Source: Trichosphaerium sp. ATCC 40318 (taxonomy: Eukaryota > Protista > Tubulinea). From it: DNA of 64,000 bases. Each line of letters starts with the position of its first letter. Within the stretch, counting starts at the first letter, position 1. A program made the translations under genes and the position numbers. The notes below the pieces were generated by a model. It saw only the letters and a list, made by a program, of their open reading frames with translations, was not told the origin of the DNA and did not search any database. Of the stretch, positions 1 to 13,640 are shown in pieces. The stretch spans positions 1 to 64,000 of the forward strand of contig JALMLS010000197.1 in the NCBI GenBank assembly GCA_038496445.1. Reading direction: 5' to 3'.

Positions 1-3000
1 AATTCAACGTACAGGTAAATTTACAGTTGAATACAACAATTTGTTATTTCGGCTATAAAGAACAGTAGGTCTATCAGAACATGCAAACACGTTGTGTTCT
101 CCCTAATAGAGTAAATAAATACTAAGCACAACAAAAATAATAACATACCTTTGATACAAACGGCTTAAGCATGATAGCTTGAGTACCCAAAGAAATCTTT
201 TTCTGTCACTAATATGACCTTGTTTTAAATCAAACTGGAAATTAAGCAAATGACCATCACCAAGACCAACAAGTAGATAATGTGTTCCAGAGAATGTAGC
301 AAATAGAACAGACCGAGGTACAATCTCTCCACCAAGTGCTTCTTTGTTGAACTCAGTCAAGTCAGGTAAGCCCAAGATACGGATAGTAATATCAGTCCAT
401 AATCCAACCTAACAAAAAATATTAATACATGGCTTTAAGCGCTCGAAATATGGAACCGTACTGCACAGAATGTAGCTGTATCACTTCCTCCTACTGGTCT
501 AATATTCAAGCAAGATATCTCATGGTCCATTTGTTTATTACTACTAACGTAAGCCGAAGACTATTGAGAATCAAATACGCACCCTTTTTGCACAATCTTA
601 TCGTTTTGAATTTCAAGATAGTACAACTGCTTTCCACCAGTAGCAAGAACAATTTGACTTCCATAAGCAGAGCATACAGTTGCAGATTGTCCACTAGATG
701 GAGTCCAAGTATCAAGACGCTCTTGAGTAACAGAAGAAACAAGGTAGACACTTTTTTCGCTAATCTATAAATAATCAATAAGCAACCTATTGTCAATTTG
801 TCTAATCGCAACGTACCTGGACATAGTTGCCTCCTGGAACGCTACTACAGTATAAAGTAGTTTCATCTTCGGTAACAAATCCACTAATCTCTGTTTCTGA
901 TAGCTCTTCTCCAGCCATAGCCAAAATACGTGTTTCACCGACAAACGCCATAACAAGCAACTGTTTAAAAAGTCAATTACATTTTTTCTATTTTAGAAAG
1001 GCTACACAACGTACTTTCTCCATCTCTCCTTCTTCATCATCTACCTCCATTTTATCACCTTCAATAGGCGGATTTAATGACCAAATACCCTTAACACCCT
1101 ACATGCCTTTAGACTGAAGTTAACAGATACATTAAAACAAACAAACCTGAAGATCAATTGCTGCGTGTTCATTGATACCAATACCATTTCTAACAACACG
1201 AAGAGATCCGTCTATAACTTGATTAAGACTGAACAACAACAAAAGGCAAAAAGGAGGTTTTTGAAAGAAACCACAAAGCAACTCGAGTTGGTTGAGTTGA
1301 CTTTTGTTTGTATTTTGCTTTGACAATTACCTTTATAAGCGCCTGAACATGTAACTATTTGACCTTGTCCTTGACGCTCAATATCTACAACACAGAAATC
1401 TACAATAGGCCCAAGATTCGTAAAAGACTCGATAACTTCAATGTATTGACCTGGATAGCATACGAAAATTAAGAAAAAAATTAAAACAAAAGAATGGTCT
1501 CACCAGTTTCCTCATCCTTTGTATCATTCAATTTAATCAATTGGGAATCACCGTAATTAGATCCTATATATACTACACCTTCATCAAGGTATGTAATTGT
1601 AGAAGGACAAGAACTCTAAAACAAACCCATTAACTCCAAAAAAACAGGAATAATAAAATATCGTACTTCTCCCAAAGTTTCTAACGTCATGCCTGTAACA
1701 ACATTTCCCTATTTATAAAATTAAACATGTCAGTACAAGATGAATAACATACTTCTGTAGTGAGGACAAGAACATGGATATTTCCCATGTGATCGCCCAA
1801 AAGAATACGTTTTCCGCTGGCATCAATTTTACCATAAGCCTACACAAAAAAAAATAAAATTAACAAAGACGCACACAGCACGTCATGCTTTATATTTTAA
1901 GCGTATGAAAATCGATTATAGTACCTTCATTATAGTTGTTTTCATAGCGAGAGACTTGAAAAATTGCCCATTGTGGTAAATGATGGACTGTTCGCCGACA
2001 ATAATAGTACCACCTTTTTTGAAAAAAAAAAGTTAGGTCGATGGTTTTTTTTTGGTTTTACACACCATAAGGTTTCGGTAGTGTTATGATCATACTAGCT
2101 CCACCTTCTACGTTTGGTAGATTCCAAGGTCCTTCTTTGAGCTCCTGGAAAAAGATTAGGATCACTCACAACAAAAAGAACTGGTAACAAACAGAAAACC
2201 GCCGGGATATTATTTCACCGCTTATAATCCAACCAAATGTCGATAATATAATCAATAAACATGCGCACCTTTTTGATAAGATCGATTTCGTATGTTTTTA
2301 CATGTCTGGCTTCTTTTGTGTCTTGATACAAAATAACTATAGTTGGTTTATTGGTGCCGCTCAGTATCTTTATGTCAATGATCAAAAGTTCCTCCAGACG
2401 CAAGTTATATACTTCAGTTCCAAGTAAGCGACCTTCCTTATCAATAGGAATAATCTAAATACGCTTTAGAATGAGAAAAGTCTCAAAAAAAAAACATTTT
2501 GAAAAAAAAATTAAGTCAACACTAACCTTTATCAAACCATCATAAAGGTGTAATCCAATAAGCCTACATTCAGGATCTATAACGCCAATCTGACCAACAT
2601 CAGCAGGTCTACCTATCAAATCCTAACACAATAATCACCAGTTATTCTTCAATAAAAATCGCACAAGCAGAGCAAACAAATTTATAAAAAAAGTAAACTA
2701 TTTTTCATTTTTCCGAATATTGACGCTTATTAGACTTGTTCTTATCCCAAAATATTACCTTTACGTCGCCCTGTGCACGTGTAATTACTTCTCCTTTTTC
2801 GGGATCATAAGCCAAAATACAAAACTTGTATCGCTCTGTACAGATAAACAGCAAATCGCGATTTTCTCCCTAAAACAAAAAACTGTTAACAAAAAAGAAC
2901 TGTTTCATAAATGCGTCATTGCTTGCCTCTGGTCTTAGCGTTTGCATAATAGATACACGACCATAGATAGGTACAGCAAGCATCGGTTGGAGGCCGTCTT

Positions 3001-3265
3001 GAGAAAGCAAATATATCTCAACCTGCGTGCATTTGCTGTAGAGAGTTAGACGGTAACTTCAAACAATCGGCGCAAAACTCGTATGGAGAAATGTTTCAAA
3101 TAGTGGTGAAATAACGCCATTGCTAATGCCTCAAGCGTCACAAGCCAGGATCAGTCAATTAACGTACCAGATGAGTAAATTGACATCAGTGGTGCCCGTA
3201 AAGTTAGCTGTCAATGAGTGTGTAACCGCTGTGGGCTTGTGGGCTGTAACTACGTAATTATACAT
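1..3265 (-). CDS. DDB1: DNA damage-binding protein 1 (CUL4 adaptor), multi-exon, 3' end runs off the window
   Basis: ATG at 3265 gives [24 protein letters not shown]; spliced exons give [70 protein letters not shown]...LGDGHL, all DDB1 hallmarks. Confidence 0.96.
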
Positions 3266-4000
3266 GCTGGCGCCAAATCTTTTGTTGTGTCGCTAAACAT
3301 GTACGTTAGTAACTCATATGTTGGTAGAAGAATTTTACTGTTCATAGGAATACGTGAGAGATTTAAACAAAAGTTTTTTACAACTTCCACTATAACCTCC
3401 GCACGAACCCTCGCCATAGAACACAGCTATTAACGTTGCCACCAAATAAACGAAAAAATACTCAAGCAAGAAACAGTACATAATAACAACACAACCATCA
3501 TCAAAAGCGTACGTACGTTTGTTATTTGTCCCGAGGAATGTAACTTAGCACTTGAAGGTGAATAGCGCTTACAGTGCAAAGATTAAGCTAAACAGGTAAA
3601 ACAAACGCAGTGGTAGTAACCAAGGTGGAGTCAAGCTGAATTTGGTCAAGGTGAATAAGCTTTGAAAAAAAACAGCACTCAGGACGATTAAAGTACGTTT
3701 GTACAATCACTTGCGCGGCGTAACGCCTTGTCAACTATCAAAACGTCATTGTGCAAACAATAACAAGTGTCACTGTTGTCCCATGCTATAAAAACGCCTG
3801 CGGTACCCCGAATGCTAATTTGTGCAATAGGTGTCTGCACTTAGATTTTAATGCTAGAAATAGACTTTTATAGAAACGACCGAAAAAATCAAGTTAATTC
3901 TACGCAAACACCATTGTAGTAGCGAGAAGGAAGCTATAAGTGTCATCTGAAGCAATCGCAGCGAGAACAGTAGTGGCCAATAACAAGAAAATAGATCGTC

Positions 4001-6989
4001 ATGCTGGCTACAAGTGCGTATTTCTACAAGTAAATGATAAGGAGAATTGTATCAATTTGAGAACAAACGAGCGAAAAAAGTTTAAATTACAACACCTCAC
4101 ACACAAAACCAAAGCTGAGCGTGTATTTTTGCAATTCGCACATCCAATAATAGTTGGTTTCCATAATACTGTAATAGCCTCGCTCCACGCGGGCGACACA
4201 ATTGTCCTTGACAAGGAAGACAAAGATGGTTGGTGGAAGGTAAAGATCAACGGAGCAAAGGTAAAAACCTATACTATTGCCTCAAAACCACTTCAATGCA
4301 TATAATTCACCATGTGTAAAACGCCAAACTGCAAAACAACGCGATACAAGCAACAGACCAAAAACATTTTTTTTTTATGAAATCCTCCGCACGTTGTGTT
4401 TTAATGCTTTAACAAGGGTAAAATACGAATAAGTGGAGTGTACAGCAAACAACTATCGTCAATAGACTCTGGACGGCCAGTTAGAGGTCATCAGAAGGAA
4501 TTATCAGATGGAGTAAGCAGCGAGCGCCCTCCTAGCTTCCGGGACTTTGTACCAACTTGTCAAAATAGAATGCTAACTTACACTACGTAGTTGACAGTCA
4601 CTGGACATAGAAAGAAAAAGAGCGGCACTAGGAAAAGAACAAAGAAGTATAATATTCAGTCAGCTATACCTGAAGACCGTATACAGAAGCGTAGCGTTAG
4701 ACTGGTCCGTTTTTTTTTACAAACAAAAAAAAAGGAGAAAAACAAATTGCTCGTTATTTTTACTCAAGAATCTAAGTTTAACCACGTTGCATTTTATGTT
4801 GAACTTCTTTTGTAGGAACTAAAAGATCTACGCATGGAGTTGGAATTATTAAAAACAGAGATTGTTCTTATGGCGCGTGTTTATGAAGAGCACTTTGGTG
4901 AGGCACCGCGTGATAAGCGTGTGCTAAGTCTATTAGCACCAATAGACCTAGAGGCAAGTTTTTGATTTTCGGAGTTCAGAAAAAAAAAGTTGCGCGGGAG
5001 GCGTTTCTTTTGCGTTGATTGCGTCGGTGTATATTAACTATTGCGTAGAGAGGCTTTTTCAAGAAGTTTCACCTGTTTGACCCATATTTGTGCCAAATTA
5101 AAGGAAAAGAGGCGCGCTTAATGCTTCAATGTAATCCAGATGTATTACCGCATCACGCACTATTTTACAAGCAATTACTGTTCCCTGATTTCAACATGGG
5201 CACTATACACGTTGATGGCACGCTCTACTCGCTCACTATTAGCGTCTAACGATTTTCTTTTAGAGCGTGCTGATTTGACAACTCTAAAATTCAACGTATT
5301 TACTTTCAAACAAAGCAACGACTTCAGGCATTGCATCAAGCTCATAATGTTAATGTTTGCCGAATTAGGACTGATTGAAGAATTCAATATACCAGAAATA
5401 ACTCTCTACAGGTGAGTAGTTACTCCACATTGAGTTTTTGTAGAGTAGCCATTTTTTTTTTTGAAATTAAGTCTTTGTTAGGTTCTTGCATTTTGTCTAC
5501 ACGAAATATCGTAGAGATGATGTTGTTCCATTCCATAATTTTTACCATGCGTTTAACGTTACGCAAACATTGTATTGGATGCTGGTTGGAGGAGAAGCAC
5601 GTAGATTGTTTTCTTCTGTAGAGTTGCTATGTCTTATTATTGCAACACTCTGCCATGATATAGACCATCCAGTGCGTGTTTTACTCTCGCGGTTTTATTT
5701 TCATTTGCTATTTTTTGTTTACTGTGCTCACTTTTACTGTAGGGTCTAAACAATACGTTTCAGAAGAAGGCTGGAACAAAAATTGCGGATTTGTACAAAC
5801 GTTCCATATTGGAGAATCACCATTATCAACAAACTATGTTTATTTTGAGACAGCCAGAGTGTGATATCCTTCAAAATTACGATGAAGCTTATGTAATTGA
5901 GAGCGAACTTCGAGATTTAATTCTAGCTACTGATCTTGCGCTTCACCGCGCTTCTATTGGTGATTTAGAGACGCACAAACGGTACGAATGCTTTGTTCTC
6001 AAGTTTAAACTATTTTATCGCCAAACGAGCGTCAAGTTGTTTCTTACGTACTTTAGGTCCCTACAGCGGTATTGGAAGAAGGTGGCCAAGTATCGCGACT
6101 TGAAAAAGCGTCCAAGTAGCAAAGATGCTTTGAACAAATTCAAAATGACACGTTCGTCATCTAGTATAAGCGACACTAGCCTAAAAGAAGCTCCTGTCTC
6201 ACAAAAAGACGTAAGATACATGTTTTTGTAGATTTGTTTCCATTTTCCTAACTTATAACTTTTCAGGTGAGCGAGTACTTTGTTTCTAAGCAAGCAGCGC
6301 ATGCAATTATGATTTGCATTGTAAAATGTGCTGACTTGTCGAATGAAATTAGACCTCCGGAAATTGCCACAAAATGGGCTAATCTTGTAATGAGAGAGTT
6401 TATAGAACAGGTGCGGTGTTTATACTTTGTTCACGAGTAAGCGCGTAGCGAAACTTATTAACTTTTTTCAAAAAGGGTAAGAAAGAGCGTGAGATGGAAT
6501 GGGATGTGACACCGTTTATGAATAGTCACAATATTATTATGGCTAAGGAACAAATCAACTTTATTAATAATCTCTGTCTACCACTGTACCGTAAGGTAGC
6601 AGAAATTGTACCAGGCCTAGGAGCTTGTGTCCAGCAAATGGAACAGTACGTTCTTTTCTAAAAAAACCAGCGAATGACAAAGAAACGGAGTAATTAATTA
6701 GAGGCTTCCTCGTGAAAATATTTTTTCTGTTTTTCTCGAGTTGTTTTGCTTACTTTTCTCTTTTAGGAATTCTGCATCGTATGATGAACGCCTACGCACG
6801 TTCTATAAAGATCCTGATGTACTTAAACGTTTATCAGACAACAGTGTTTTCGAGCAAGAACAAGTTAAAGGTTCTTCTCTTAAGAAGATACTTGCCGAAC
6901 GAGCATCAGGATTTGTTGTCACTGCTAGACGGCGGACAAAAAAGGATAAGCAAGCGAAAAAGTCAAGTAAGTCTACAGATAAGGCTTGA
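4001..6989 (+). CDS. Class I 3',5'-cyclic nucleotide phosphodiesterase with an N-terminal SH3-like segment, multi-exon
   Basis: PDE motifs PFHNFYHAFNVTQT, LCHDIDHP|GLNN, ILENHH, ILATDLA, KCADLSNEIRP, EFIEQG, KEQINFI. N-terminal exons read LHAGDTIVLDKEDKDGWWKVKINGAK|GKI. Start codon is tentative. Confidence 0.88.
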
Positions 6990-7523
6990 GATATAAAGAG
7001 TGTAACATAGGCAAATAAATTTAATTATGATTTTTTCATTCAAATTGTTTGCTTTTGCTTTTTGAGACTGCTTCTGTAATAATGAGTGCTTGGAGAACTA
7101 GTTCAGTGGTGTTGAGGAAACATTCAGTGAGAGAGACGAAAAATATATAGTGCGAAAGTATTTTTGTTGAACAGTATTGGTAAAGTTTTATTGTAAAATC
7201 TTTCGTCATGTCGTATTAATAATGGCATTCTCGATATTCGAACTAAAGTGACAGTGTTTTTTTTCTTTGTCGTGACGTTAGCCGAAATAGTGTTCTATAT
7301 TTGTATCAAACACACAAAAAAGAATGAAAATATTTTTAAGAGAAAGAATAATAAGACATTATTAGAGGTTGTTAAAAGCGCCGTTTTGTTTTGGGCACTG
7401 GTTTGATGTTTTTATTTACATTATTATTTTTTTTTCGGTTTTGTTATTCACAATTTGTGCAGGTAGTGTATTTACATTTGTACAGTGGTGTTCTGAAGGG
7501 TTTTCGTTGGTTTTTTTTGGCTT

Positions 7524-8336
7524 TTAGTGACACATGTGTAGAGCAGGTAGAGTCACTTTGTATGGTGCTCTAAAGGCGCTAGGGCGTGGGGATTTGTGTA
7601 GTGTCGTCATAGAACCTGTCAATGATCTGAAAGGAGCCAATTTGATTTTTTTGAATGCTCTTTGTTCTGTAGCGCATCCTGATGCGTCGTAAGATCGCTT
7701 TCTAGATTTTGTTGGCAATGAAGTGTTTTTTTGTTGAAGCGTTAAGAGAATCTCTGCTCCTTCGAATAGTCTTTCTGTGCTCTCCGTTAGCATCGATCTT
7801 GTTGATTGCTTTGGTTTTTGAAGTTCAACTACGCGATTTGTTTTTTGTTTCAATTCTGCGTTGTGTTCAGCGAATTCTACCAACTGTACGCGAGACGATT
7901 TCATTGGCCTTGCTCGGAGGAAACAATCACTGAATTGGGTGCCTACTTGTCCTTGGCCCATACCGCGTTTGAAATCAGGTCTGATAATTACTCTGGATGT
8001 TCTGGCTGTTTTCGCGAGTTGTCGTGCGTTTTGAATGGATAAGTGAAAAATGACGCGGTGGATGTTCGTTGCCACGTTTACGTTCTTGGAGGCTGTGGTT
8101 GTTTCTACGGCTTGAAGTTGAGACAAAAGCACGTAAACGGTGTTGTTTCCGCCGTCGCTTAGAGCTTGTTCGATCTCATTGCGTTGTATGCGTCGTCTCT
8201 CCTTCCTGGACATTTTGGAGTATTTCTTAGGCGTTGTAGTTGGAAAGTTGTTTGTAGTTCCTGAGAAGAAGCTTGTAGGTACGAATGTTGTTGTATGAAT
8301 AGGTTGCATTGTTGTTGTTGCCAGTGTGGTCATCAT
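7524..8336 (-). CDS. Intronless hypothetical protein (~270 aa) with Thr-rich N-terminus and basic patches
   Basis: Open frame 7524..8525; likely start is MMTT at 8336, downstream of a TATATA-like sequence near 8480. No family recognised. Confidence 0.6.
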   Translation of the reverse strand: MMTTLATTTMQPIHTTTFVPTSFFSGTTNNFPTTTPKKYSKMSRKERRRIQRNEIEQALSDGGNNTVYVLLSQLQAVETTTASKNVNVATNIHRVIFHLSIQNARQLAKTARTSRVIIRPDFKRGMGQGQVGTQFSDCFLRARPMKSSRVQLVEFAEHNAELKQKTNRVVELQKPKQSTRSMLTESTERLFEGAEILLTLQQKNTSLPTKSRKRSYDASGCATEQRAFKKIKLAPFRSLTGSMTTLHKSPRPSAFRAPYKVTLPALHMCH

Positions 8337-9071
8337 GGTGTATGTTTTAAAATTATGAGTTAAGTATCGGGCAATAGTTTTTCTTTTTTCTGTGAACATA
8401 ATTTCCCGTGACAGAACGTCGTTGTTGTCATACACACGCAACGCGGAGTGAACGTTTATCAAAAAACTACCAGATATATAAGTAGGTTTCTGTGAAGTCT
8501 CAAAAACATTTAGGCGATTCTCCAAGTTTTTAAGATTATTATTGCTTTCAGTGAAAATAAGACTTCATGTGTTTGTGTTGCTGATTTGTAGTTTCATGCG
8601 GTTTTCGCCTAAATCCTAATAGAAAACGCGTTTTTTAACGTGCTTTCGTGTCATTGTCGCGTTATACATTATGTCATCTCCTCCTGTTTTACCGCTGCCG
8701 TAACGTTTCAAATACGTTTTTAAAATGTGTCAGACTCTTGCACGCAGAATAACGTTCTGTAACACGTATTTTTAAACCAAAGTCACGAAGTTTCGGATAT
8801 TTATTGAAAAAGTTGTCACAAGATTCGCTGAAGATCAGAACCCGGTTTTTTTTTGGTTTTATGTCACCACAATATGGTTTTTGCCGTCCACGGGGAGGTT
8901 TCGCCGAAGCCCCGTATATTTGTCCGCAACTCCTGTAAACAGACAAGAACGCGCTGAATGTTCGCTTCTGCGCCCGGAGATGTTCGTTTGGCCGTAATAG
9001 CTCGTATTGTAGTAATAATACAAAACAGGTGGGCAATTCATTTTTCCCAACCAAATTAATAGCCCCGATAT

Positions 9072-12000
9072 TTAACTCACAAAGCTGAGCGCTCCTTGTG
9101 GGTTCATAGTATTGCCTAAACGAAAAATTTTAGCGCATACGTCACTTGTCGAAAAATTTGAGTTACCCGATTGCCCGCCTATTTGCCCTGGTGCGTCTAT
9201 AAGGGGTAGTTTAGATGTAGTTTTTAGTGGTATTGAAGGCGCGTAGTGTTTGACAGTTGCTATTAGACTTTCAATGTCTCCTTTCCACCAATACGGTACA
9301 GGTATTATCGTCAAACCTACAAAACGCAGTATTTTAATAAAAAACAGACTGACGTCACATGAAGATGGGCGTAAAAAACTACAAAAATAATTCAAAAAAA
9401 AAAAAAATAGTTTTACCGAAAGAATGACATTGTTCTCGCTTTTCTTCATCTCTTAGTCCTCCTACTGTAGATGGCGATGCATGTGGAAACTCATCGCGAT
9501 AATGATGCTCTCCTGAACTAAGTTATGGGCGAGTTTTGGGGTGGTTTTGGGTGAATTTCGGGCGGGTTTTGGGCGAACGTTGGGTGCGGGCAAAATTTTA
9601 CCCCAAAAGCCTTGTTTTGGAGTGTCAAGTATTTTTTCCACAATCTCCCCATCACTAGCCCATAAAAAGTTCTTGGGTATGAACTCCGCGTAATTACGTA
9701 CCCTGGTATTCGAATCCCAAGTTATGGTCAGCGACAAAAATATCGACTATCATTGGTGCTCCTGTTGCGTTCCTAACGTCTACAGCATGCTCCTCGTGTA
9801 TACTACATCCAGGAAACAATAGAAATAATGACTCCAGAAGGGCCCTAAAGACATAAACAAAGAAACACAAAGAGATTAATTGGGGCCATCAATTCAATTA
9901 AACGACCCAACCTCTTTTGTTTTTTGGGTCAAACTTTGGAGATTTTTTATCTCCAAAGTTCGGGTGAAGAAATAGTGGTTTGGTGGATTTTTCTTATTTA
10001 TTCTTACCTTTGTCTAGTCTTCTTGAATGATAAACTGAACAAATGCCACTGCCATGTTACATTTGGGTGAATCTCTGAAAGTAGAGTCGGGAACCAAGAT
10101 TTAATTGTCGATCCTCCTGTTTTTTTTCTTATCTCTGCTGTAGACACCCGATACCTGTTTCAATTTTTTTGTGTTAGCACAGCTAACAGTAAACTTTTCA
10201 ACAAAAAACCCGTTATTTTTTTTCGCGAAATCAAAATCACGTTCTTGTATTCGTGAGATATCTGACTGCCTTTAAACTCGCGAGTTAAATAGTATTTGTG
10301 TTGGACAGTTTTTGGGTTAAGTTAATGGAGTCATTTACGGGTTATGGGTGTTCATGACACAACTGCAAGATTGTTTTTCACGGAATAGTAGTATCAAAAT
10401 AAATTTAAGAGTTTAGATTATTTGGTACCATTCTGATGGATCCTGCATTCCTAGTTCTTTTTCTAAGCTTTTGAGGTATCTCTTGGCATGTAATTTATTC
10501 TTCCAGAATACAGAAGGGATCTTCCTTGAAGACAAAGTAAGAAACCCAATCATACAAGTATGTGCACAAAAAAAAACTTCCTTATTTTTTCCTTACCCGA
10601 AACGTAATGGATCCCATTTATGCTTTGTGTATAGAGACTTTAATATATTGTACAATGATCCTTTATACTTGAGGTAGATACCACCTCCTCTATTTCCAGC
10701 TTCTGTTAAATCAGCGATTGAATAATTGTACCACTGATCTAACTGTTTTACACCAAGCGTTTTACCAATACTGTCTATCCTTCTCATCTGATTGGTTAAA
10801 TTATCCCAAAACCTATGAGGAGCGAACCTAAAGAAAGTCATAACTTTGATACTACTAGTAGTAGAATACCTCAAGACTAAGAAAAACACAAAAAGAGAAA
10901 AGACTTGGAGGTAGTTTTTGTTTATGGTTTTTTCAAGAACGTACGAAAATTTATCCATTTCCCAACTGTATTCAGGGTAAACACTCGTAATAAGTGATGA
11001 TACAGAGCCACCGTAATGACCTATTAATAATCCAGAACCACCCAAATCCATAATTTTTTTATGGGCTACTGTGTACCAAGCATCAAAAGTTCTGACACTT
11101 AATGATTCGCCAATGAATTCCATTTTATCACGTTGATTATTCAAGTCTTTGTAGTACAATCTTGGAAGGTTCCTTTTGATAATTAAGAAGAGAGAAATAA
11201 ACATTAGAAATGCAATTTGTAAAAAAAATCCGAAAAAAAACTGAAAAAATCACCAACGTCAGTCCCGTACTTGAAACGATTCAAATCCCAATTGTATCCA
11301 GGAATCAATTTCATTAATGTCCGAATCAAAGAACCGCCGTACCTATAAGTTGAAACAAACTAAGAACAAGGGAAATTGCAATGAGACATTACAAAGTAAA
11401 TTGTTTTGTTTTACGTACTTTTCTATCAGTGTCTTCCCACCAACCCTGACAGTATCGTCAAAGATAACGTCATACCAATCATCAAGTTTCTTTACACCTA
11501 ACCTTTCACCCACGTGATCAAGTCTTAAATATTGGTTTCCCACGTGGTTTAAACACCTGACAGGAGGATACCTAAATGACGTAAGCAAGGTTAGAAAGGA
11601 GGCCATCCGACTTACATGAACTTCCATACCTTCCAGTGAAAGTCGTGAAAGACTGTTTGCAAGGCTTTCGGTATCGATCTGCAGTGAAAAAAAGTTACAA
11701 ATCGAAAAACAGTTTTGAACAAAACGATGATAATTTTCTTACGTATTGAGGTTTCTTGATGTAGATATACTATGTGGTTTTCTGGTGTCTAGGGTATACC
11801 ATTCGTCTAGTGTTTTAACATTTTGAGAGCAAGCAAGCGATTCCAGGCCATGTTTCATGTTTACCACTATTAATTCGTTTTCAAGCTTTTTTGTGCGTGT
11901 TATAGGCGTGCTGGATGGTTTTGATGCTGTTTCTTACAATTAATTGTAAATCCGTTTACAATTTTTACAACGATATTTCTCGCGTGTTATTTGTATTGTA

Positions 12001-12076
12001 ACACTATTTTCGTACCTTTTTGAGTTTTGTACTCAAAACAAATGGACTTATTTCGCAAAGCCTTAGTGTTGCGCAT
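9072..12076 (-). CDS. ~70-aa 'LDDWY' repeat protein with C-terminal Vsr/DUF559/RAP-like nuclease-fold domain (paralogue A)
   Basis: Repeats such as LGVKKLDDWY...GGKTL, VRTFDAWY...GGSGLLIGHYGGSVSSLITSVYPEYSW and LGVKQLDQWY...YKGSLYNILKSLYTKHKW; C-terminus MIVDIFVADHNLGFEYQG|EHHY...RDEEKREQC..G|LTIIPVPYWW. Start is tentative. Confidence 0.8.
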
Positions 12077-12528
12077 AATCTCATCTTACAGACCCACAAT
12101 TGAGGCCTAAAACACTCCTTTATGTAACGACATTATGAAAAAATTGCTCGGGTTACTTAACCAATTAAGGCAGTCTAGGGTTGGCTTCAAAGACAGACCT
12201 TGAAGAGCAAACACTATTAGTGACTACGAGTCTGAGCGCACTCAACTTGTAAAGGGGTTACACCTTGGGCCTGGTATATCGAGACGATGCCGCGACTTAC
12301 GTACTTGCATGTTGACAAGTTGAGAATAGTACCAAACTACAGTCCACGTTTTAGTTATAAAAGGTTATTTTGATGAGGAGACGGGAGAGGAATTGGGTGT
12401 CGAAGTATTGATATTACATATCCATCCTCGTCAGCGCTTGCATATATTTGAACAAGTACAAAGCAAGGGACTGCGTTTATTTTAACTAAGCTACAATGGG
12501 TATTACAAAAACAAGAAAGGAATTGCTT

Positions 12529-13141
12529 CTAACTTGGCTTTCTCTTTTTTAAAGGAGGACCTTCATCTCCTTTGTCTTGTTCTTCGAGTCGTCTTTTCAG
12601 CTCTTCGTTTTCACGTGTCAAATCTGTGTTTTTTATTTGTGATTGTAGAAAACTATTAGTCATAGTCTTATTGTTCACGTTCAAGCTGAATGTTAGGTTG
12701 AGACTGTTGACGAAAGCGCCTTCCATTATCAGGTACACTTCGTTCTGTTCTTTGTGGGTTAACTAAAAACCGTTAACGAAGATAGTAAACGAAACAAGTG
12801 AAAGCAAGTACGTACAATTTGAAGGTGCAGAAAAGTTTGTTGTAGGGTTCCTAGTTCTTGCTAAGCTGAGTAAGTAAACTGAGAGTGCCACGCGGTGTTA
12901 ATGTACTTCTATTATTGCCCCTCTTAGGGCTCCTATTCATTGTGGTATCGTAAGGGTTCAACTGATTCTTGATAGTACGTTTTGAAGTTGGACTTTCACT
13001 TTGACGAGTACTTAATCCAGAAGGAGATGTATTTAAGTGCGATGGACAGGTACACCTAGTCAACCAACTTCCCATCGTTGTAACTATTGAAAGTACGCAG
13101 TTTCGTGGTATTGATACTTTTCTACGCATTGTTTTTGGCAT
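12529..13141 (-). CDS. Hypothetical 3-exon protein with C-terminal coiled coil and NLS-like PPLKKRKP
   Basis: ORFs 12851..13141 and 12529..12738 join in frame through a short middle exon (RTLQQTFLHLQI) using GT-AG introns. Confidence 0.45.
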
Positions 13142-13640
13142 AGAATACGATGTAACTCTTTACTTCGTCTTTTTTGGTTTTTTTAAAAGTTATGTTGGTT
13201 TAATGCTCCACGTGGATAGCTTGATCGCTTAAAATGACTTTTTAGGCAAAATTCCCTTATTATTTATTGCGTAAGCAGCTTTTTCCAAATATAATTGAGA
13301 ACCCAGTTTCAATCAATGGTGATTGATTTTTTGAAAAGTGACTTAACAATCCAGCTAACTCAACGTTTTGCAACGACGGTTCAGAAACTTGAACTCCAGT
13401 ATGTTCGCGCTAGCACAAGCAAACTAGCAAATATGTCAAGAATTCTTAAGACTGCTTGACAGTTCGTTTTAAAGTTGCCGATCCATCGCACTGTCGTTTT
13501 GTGACACAGCTTTTTGGTAAAAGGCATAACACCAGATTCCAATTTTTTTTTGATTTTTGGTGAACCTTACCAAACACATGCACAAATAAAGTGTTTATTC
13601 TTTTACTATCTACAAACATAAATGATATGTATCTTTTTTT

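Noticed and set aside
4954-5050. GC donor in the PDE gene counted as certain
   Set aside because: An alternative GT donor 4 nt downstream with the 5048 acceptor also keeps the frame.
9527-9600. TTTTGGGG-like telomeric repeats
   Set aside because: Irregular, short and intronic; treated as part of the inverted-repeat insert instead.
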